From the human T2T-CHM13v2.0 reference genome, Homo sapiens, in NCBI RefSeq assembly GCF_009914755.1, contig NC_060934.1: DNA of 64,000 bases. One strand, 5' to 3'. Position 1 is the first letter of the stretch. Each line of letters begins with the position of its first letter. Below, piece by piece: positions 59,464 through 64,000 of this stretch. A model generated the notes under the pieces. It did not search any database. It saw nothing but the letters and a program-made list of their open reading frames with translations, and was not told the DNA's origin. Both the position numbers and the translations under genes were made by a program.

Positions 59464-59749
59464 CTTTTTTTTGAGACGGAGTTTTGCTCCTGTTGCCCAG
59501 GCTGGAGTGCAATGGTGCGGATCTTGGCTCACTGCAACCTCCGCTTCCCAGGTTCAAGCCATTCTCTTGCCTCAGCCTCCCGAGTAGCTGGGACTACAGG
59601 CGTGCACCACCTTGCCTGGCTAATTTTTGTATTTTTAGTAGAGACGGGGTTTCACCATGTTGGCCAGGCTGGTTTCAGTCGAACTCCTGACCTCAAGTGA
59701 TGCCTGCCTCTGGCTCCCAATGTTTGCGAGTGAGCCACCGTGCCTGGCC
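59464..59749 (-). mobile_element. AluS (Sq-like)
   Basis: Reverse Alu with a small internal deletion; TSD gtacccacaggcttct / gtacatacagacttct. Confidence 0.9.
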
Positions 59750-59779
59750 TGTACATACAGACTTCTAAGACTCTAGTTG

Positions 59780-60010
59780 AGTTTTACCTGATTTTGAAAT
59801 GTATAAAAATGAAGTCACAGAAGTTAGGACAGCAGTTGCCCTTGAGGGCAAAGGTTGGTGACTAAAACTGACATCAGAGGGCTTCTAGGAAGCTGGAAAT
59901 GTTGGCCTCTAGATTGGTTTTGTGGATGTATCCACCTTGCAAAATTTTATCAAATCTTATACTTGGGTTGTGTATTTTTCTAAATATATATTATACTTTA
60001 CTAAAGGTAT
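59780..60010 (+). mobile_element. L1ME-like 3' fragment
   Basis: agaagttaggacagcagttgcccttg…ggcttctaggaagctggaaatgtt…aaaattttatcaa…atatattatacttta. Confidence 0.6.
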
Positions 60011-63000
60011 ATATTCTTCTCTATTTCATATGGAAAATAGAGATGTAGTTTGGCTTAAAAAACTCAGTTTTCCATAAAACAAGGATTTTGTTTTAGTCTA
60101 AGTGATGCTCTAAAATACAAGACTAGAGTGAGGTACTTCCCTTGGATACAAAAAGCCAAAAACTCAGTGATTAAGATAAATAGTATTTTAATGTAACATT
60201 TTTTAAAAATCCAAATTAATCCTAAAAAATCCATGCTAGTAATAATAAAGAAAGATTAAAACAGAAAATATTACTCATATTACTCAGGAAAACAGAAAAT
60301 GGAACTTACACTCCAAAAAATGCCAATAAGTGTAAATGTGCAGGAATAAATGTAAATGTGCGGGAATAATCAGATTTGAGAAACCAAGGGCAGATTATTT
60401 TTCATTCCATAAGTTTATATTCTCTGAAAATAAAAGACATTAGCACTGTTTCAAAGTTTTTAATAATTTAGGTAATTTAAAAACTAGCATTAAAGGAACA
60501 ATATCTGAATTATCCCAACAAAATTCTGAAACGAATATCATCTCTATTTGCTTATAATTTCACTATGATTAAACTTCTTACGAAGTTACAAGTATGCGAT
60601 CTTCCTTTGAACGCACTGAGTTAGGAAAAACATGCCTATTGTTGGTTACACAGAGGAGAGATTACAAATCTAAATCATAGTTGAAAAAAGCAACTGTGCC
60701 ATGATATGAAACAGCACTGTCAAATCAGACACTGAAGTCGGTAAGTAAGATTTTCTTCTTGTCAGTAGGAAAAGCACTACTGGGTTTGAGTCCCCCAATG
60801 CTACCACCTTTTTAGACTTTTGTTAGAGCTTTGCATTCATTTCCTTAATGTTTTTAACCCAATGTCTGTGAAATTTTTATTGCTCCCCGGATGGTGACAT
60901 CTGATCTGAATGTAACCATACACCTCTTTGCTCAGCAGTATTTGTCACAAACCATTATAAATTATCATGCTGATTGTGTGCATTGCTGGGAAACTGGAGA
61001 AGTTTCATAAATTCTAACTACCATATCAATGACATTCTTGTTTATTATACAGATATAAACTTTTATGAGATTCAAGATGTCTGCCTTACCACTGAAGAAA
61101 ACTTTAGTGGAGTAAGATCTAACTAGTTCGATGTACATACTGAAAACCATTTTCAATGTGCAATGAACATGTGTTTCCGAAAACTCTCCACTGGTCACTT
61201 CTTTATTTCTTTTCTATTTTTAATTATGCTTTGACACTTCACAAGTGTGCAGGATTTTGCTGGCAAAAAAGAAATCAACATTCCTTCCTCTCCCTCAACA
61301 CCTTCTTCGGTCAGAGCATTCTCTAGAATCCTCTCAATCTAATAATAAAATCATGCATATATATAGCTGGGAAAAAATCCTAGTTCTGTGTTAGCCCTGC
61401 AGACAGACGCTCCACTGGTCTGTTGATCGACTGATTTACACCACATCTTGTTCAATAAAAGAATTAAGGGGTTATAGTATTATGGTTCTGATGCTTATTT
61501 GTAATGAAACCTCATTCAGTGCTGGCATAGACACAGAATGTTGCATGTTAAAACTATGGAGGCACAACTTACACATTTAATTTTCCTAACGAAGTATCCA
61601 CCTTTGACAGCCACTGCAAAAACTTCACCATTTTGCAAAGTATGATCCAGAATTAACTCATGAACTGGGTCAGTCTTGGTGCTATTCACATGAGAAGTTG
61701 TGACTGTATACTGTATTGTTAAGATTATGAAATGATGTTTTTTACCTAATTATACATAAAACAATAAAAATCTAAATAAAAAATATTTTTTTTTCTACCA
61801 GGACTATGTAGCTGGTCTAATGACTTAACCATCCCTATACTCTACAAAAGAAAACTGTTTACTTGGGTTTCAAAGATGTTTCACAATAAGCAAATGTGCT
61901 AAGGCATCGATTTCTTAAGCTTTCTCAGGGTGGAAGTTGACTATACAAATACTGACCATTTCAAGAGAAAATGCAGGGTGTATCATGTGCAAATCATCTC
62001 ATTACTGGGTCAATAGATTTAGTTTTGACGTATGTTTAGTTTCATATTTCCAAATGTTCTAAAAATCACCAACTTGTTAAAGATATCATAATAATGATAA
62101 CTTATTTTGAGGGTCACTTTTACCTTTTAAAAAGGCTTTCCTATCTACTACTTGATCCTACTAGTAACCCTATGACATCAGCATAGCAAATGTTTTTTAC
62201 TGCCAACAGACATATAATGAAGCTGGAACAAGGAAAAATATTAAATGTCTTAAATAAGATGAATAGTTTGTTCTTAACAAGAGTGATAACTAAAAGCTCA
62301 CCAGCTTTCAGAATGTGGTTTTAACTGTGCCTAGTTTTGTGCCACCTCCAATCCATTTTTGTAAATAGCCTGATATAAAGTACAAAAAAACCCTAATAAC
62401 AAAACTATGTTTGTAGGAATCTAATCTAAACTTTGAAGTCTATGAATTTGTTCTTCAAATAATTTCTGGTGTTCCCAGGTTTTTTTTTTCCCCCTAGGGC
62501 ATTCCAATCCCCTGTAAAATTTAAATCTGTGGATTCTTCTCAAAGCCTTCACAAAAGGAGGTAAGTATTTTGCCACATTTGTAGAATCTCAAATGCACCC
62601 TTCAACACTGAGCACTAGTCATTCATATGAATCAGCTTAGAAAGATAGTGAAAGGAATGCCTTATGCTGGTCTTCCTATATCTTTCTGGAGTTTCTCATT
62701 GATAAAAAGCTCACAATGCAACACTTCAAAACACAGCAGGAAGATATTTTCCATGGATCTAATCTCCATTGACTTCATCAGGCTAAATATAACAGCCTTT
62801 CAGCTTTGGCCAGGAGATGGCACCTTCACAGAGAGCAAAGCCTCAGTTGGGACAATTAAGAAATCACCTTACTCTGTAGCATTAAAAAAACAAACAAAGT
62901 CACCATTATTAAGATTGTTATGTAACATCTTCTTGGCCATGTCAGTTTCTCAAATACTTTGCTGATATCACTAAAACTGTCATTTTCTGTGAATTACAAT

Positions 63001-63434
63001 CATCTTTTAATGTACTTTTTAAAAAGAAAACTAACCAAAAAGGTGCTCCTTTAATCCCATTATACCCCACCTGACACCATGATATGACAAATCATTATTT
63101 AAGGTTTACTGTGAGCTAGACACCATTGTAATACTGTGAGATGCTGTTGTAATAATTAGTATACGCTGATTATTTGGAAACTGATCATCAGCCTATGGAT
63201 TTATGCTAATTCTCTAGGCACCAAAATGTTGAATGAACCAGATGACCTTATTTCCCTGACCATGAAAAGCTAGTTTACTACACCAACTCAACAGGTTGTT
63301 GAGCGCTTTCTACAGGTAGGAAGATTTTTATATTACTCTGTTCTTTCCCAGAAGAAATGTATGTGCAAATAGAATTGTAAGCCCTTTACATATATTAAGT
63401 GATTCAACTGGCTTCCCTTCTTAAATTTCTACTC

Positions 63435-63649
63435 CAGTTGTGTGCTGGATCTGGCGCCCACCAGCTCATAAGAACCAACTGTGCACATTTCTTTGCTAGT
63501 CTGGGCACAGTGACATCACATGGTTAGTTTGAAATTGGCTATGATGAGAGTATTTACACCACAGAAATTGGCATGTGCTACATACAAATGAGGACTTGAC
63601 TCGTCTTCTCCAAAGAGCCAGCTGTTAAACATTTACCACCACATCACTG
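63435..63649 (+). mobile_element. MER63A (hAT-Blackjack)
   Basis: cagttgtgtgctgg…cagtgacatcacatggttagtttgaaattggc…agtatttacaccacagaaattggc…tgttaaacatttaccaccacatcactg; terminal inverted repeats. Confidence 0.85.
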
Positions 63650-64000
63650 CCAATAACTAGTGATTATTCTGAATTCTTTAAGTATTATATTACACGTATT
63701 GATGGTCATGATTTCCAGATTAGAAATTAGTAAACGTCAGTTTATTGAATTCTAACAGCACTTTATTTTTTGGAATAATGTTATTACTTGAGTATGTTTT
63801 ACCAGAGTTTCTCCTATAGCAGTTTAAACATGGTCAAAAAGCAAATACTAATAACTACTGCTACTACTAATGAAGTAAATCAAATATAAAAGAAAACAAG
63901 TCTCCAGATTGTCTAGGTGATTGACACTGTAAAAACCACCATAAAGAATATTAGCAAAAATAAATAAATCAATACAATGAACTCTTTGTTTCCAAGCAGT

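Noticed and set aside
60325-60369. 20-bp tandem duplication aataa(g/a)tgtaaatgtgc(a/g)gg
   Set aside because: Ordinary slippage duplication with no further structure.

Overview
Human (primate) genomic DNA from inside the neuropilin-1 gene NRP1, transcribed on the minus strand. The only coding sequence is one 182-bp internal exon (5477-5658, minus strand). It encodes the second half of the first CUB (a1) domain (YDYVEVFDGENENGHFRGKFCGKIAPPPVVSSGPFLFIKFVSDYETHGAGFSIRYEIFKR), has canonical AG/GT ends, and is exon 3 by recalled gene structure. Positions 5659-64000 are the very large upstream intron and 1-5476 the downstream intron. The introns hold about 30 Alu/FLAM/FRAM elements, a full-length 7SL retropseudogene, solo LTRs (MST, MLT1, MER4A, LTR12), DNA transposon relics (MER1A, MER58A, MER63A, MADE1), L1/L2/MIR/CR1 fragments and microsatellites. 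I see no prokaryote-type systems (no CRISPR, operons or IS elements), and most non-exon ORFs are Alu or low-complexity artefacts. The most interesting unexplained structure: (i) a local templated copy of an AluJ together with its 3' flank, ending in a microhomology-slippage duplication; (ii) three long hairpins (a perfect 20-bp stem in unique DNA, a 41-bp stem inside an L2, and a MADE1 with homogenised arms); (iii) an antisense LTR12 promoter directly upstream of an inverted Alu pair; (iv) a CCAAT-dense 33-bp tandem repeat; (v) FOX:ETS endothelial-type composite motifs; (vi) candidate recursive splice sites. All functional interpretations are hypotheses. Repeat subfamily calls were made by eye against remembered consensus sequences.
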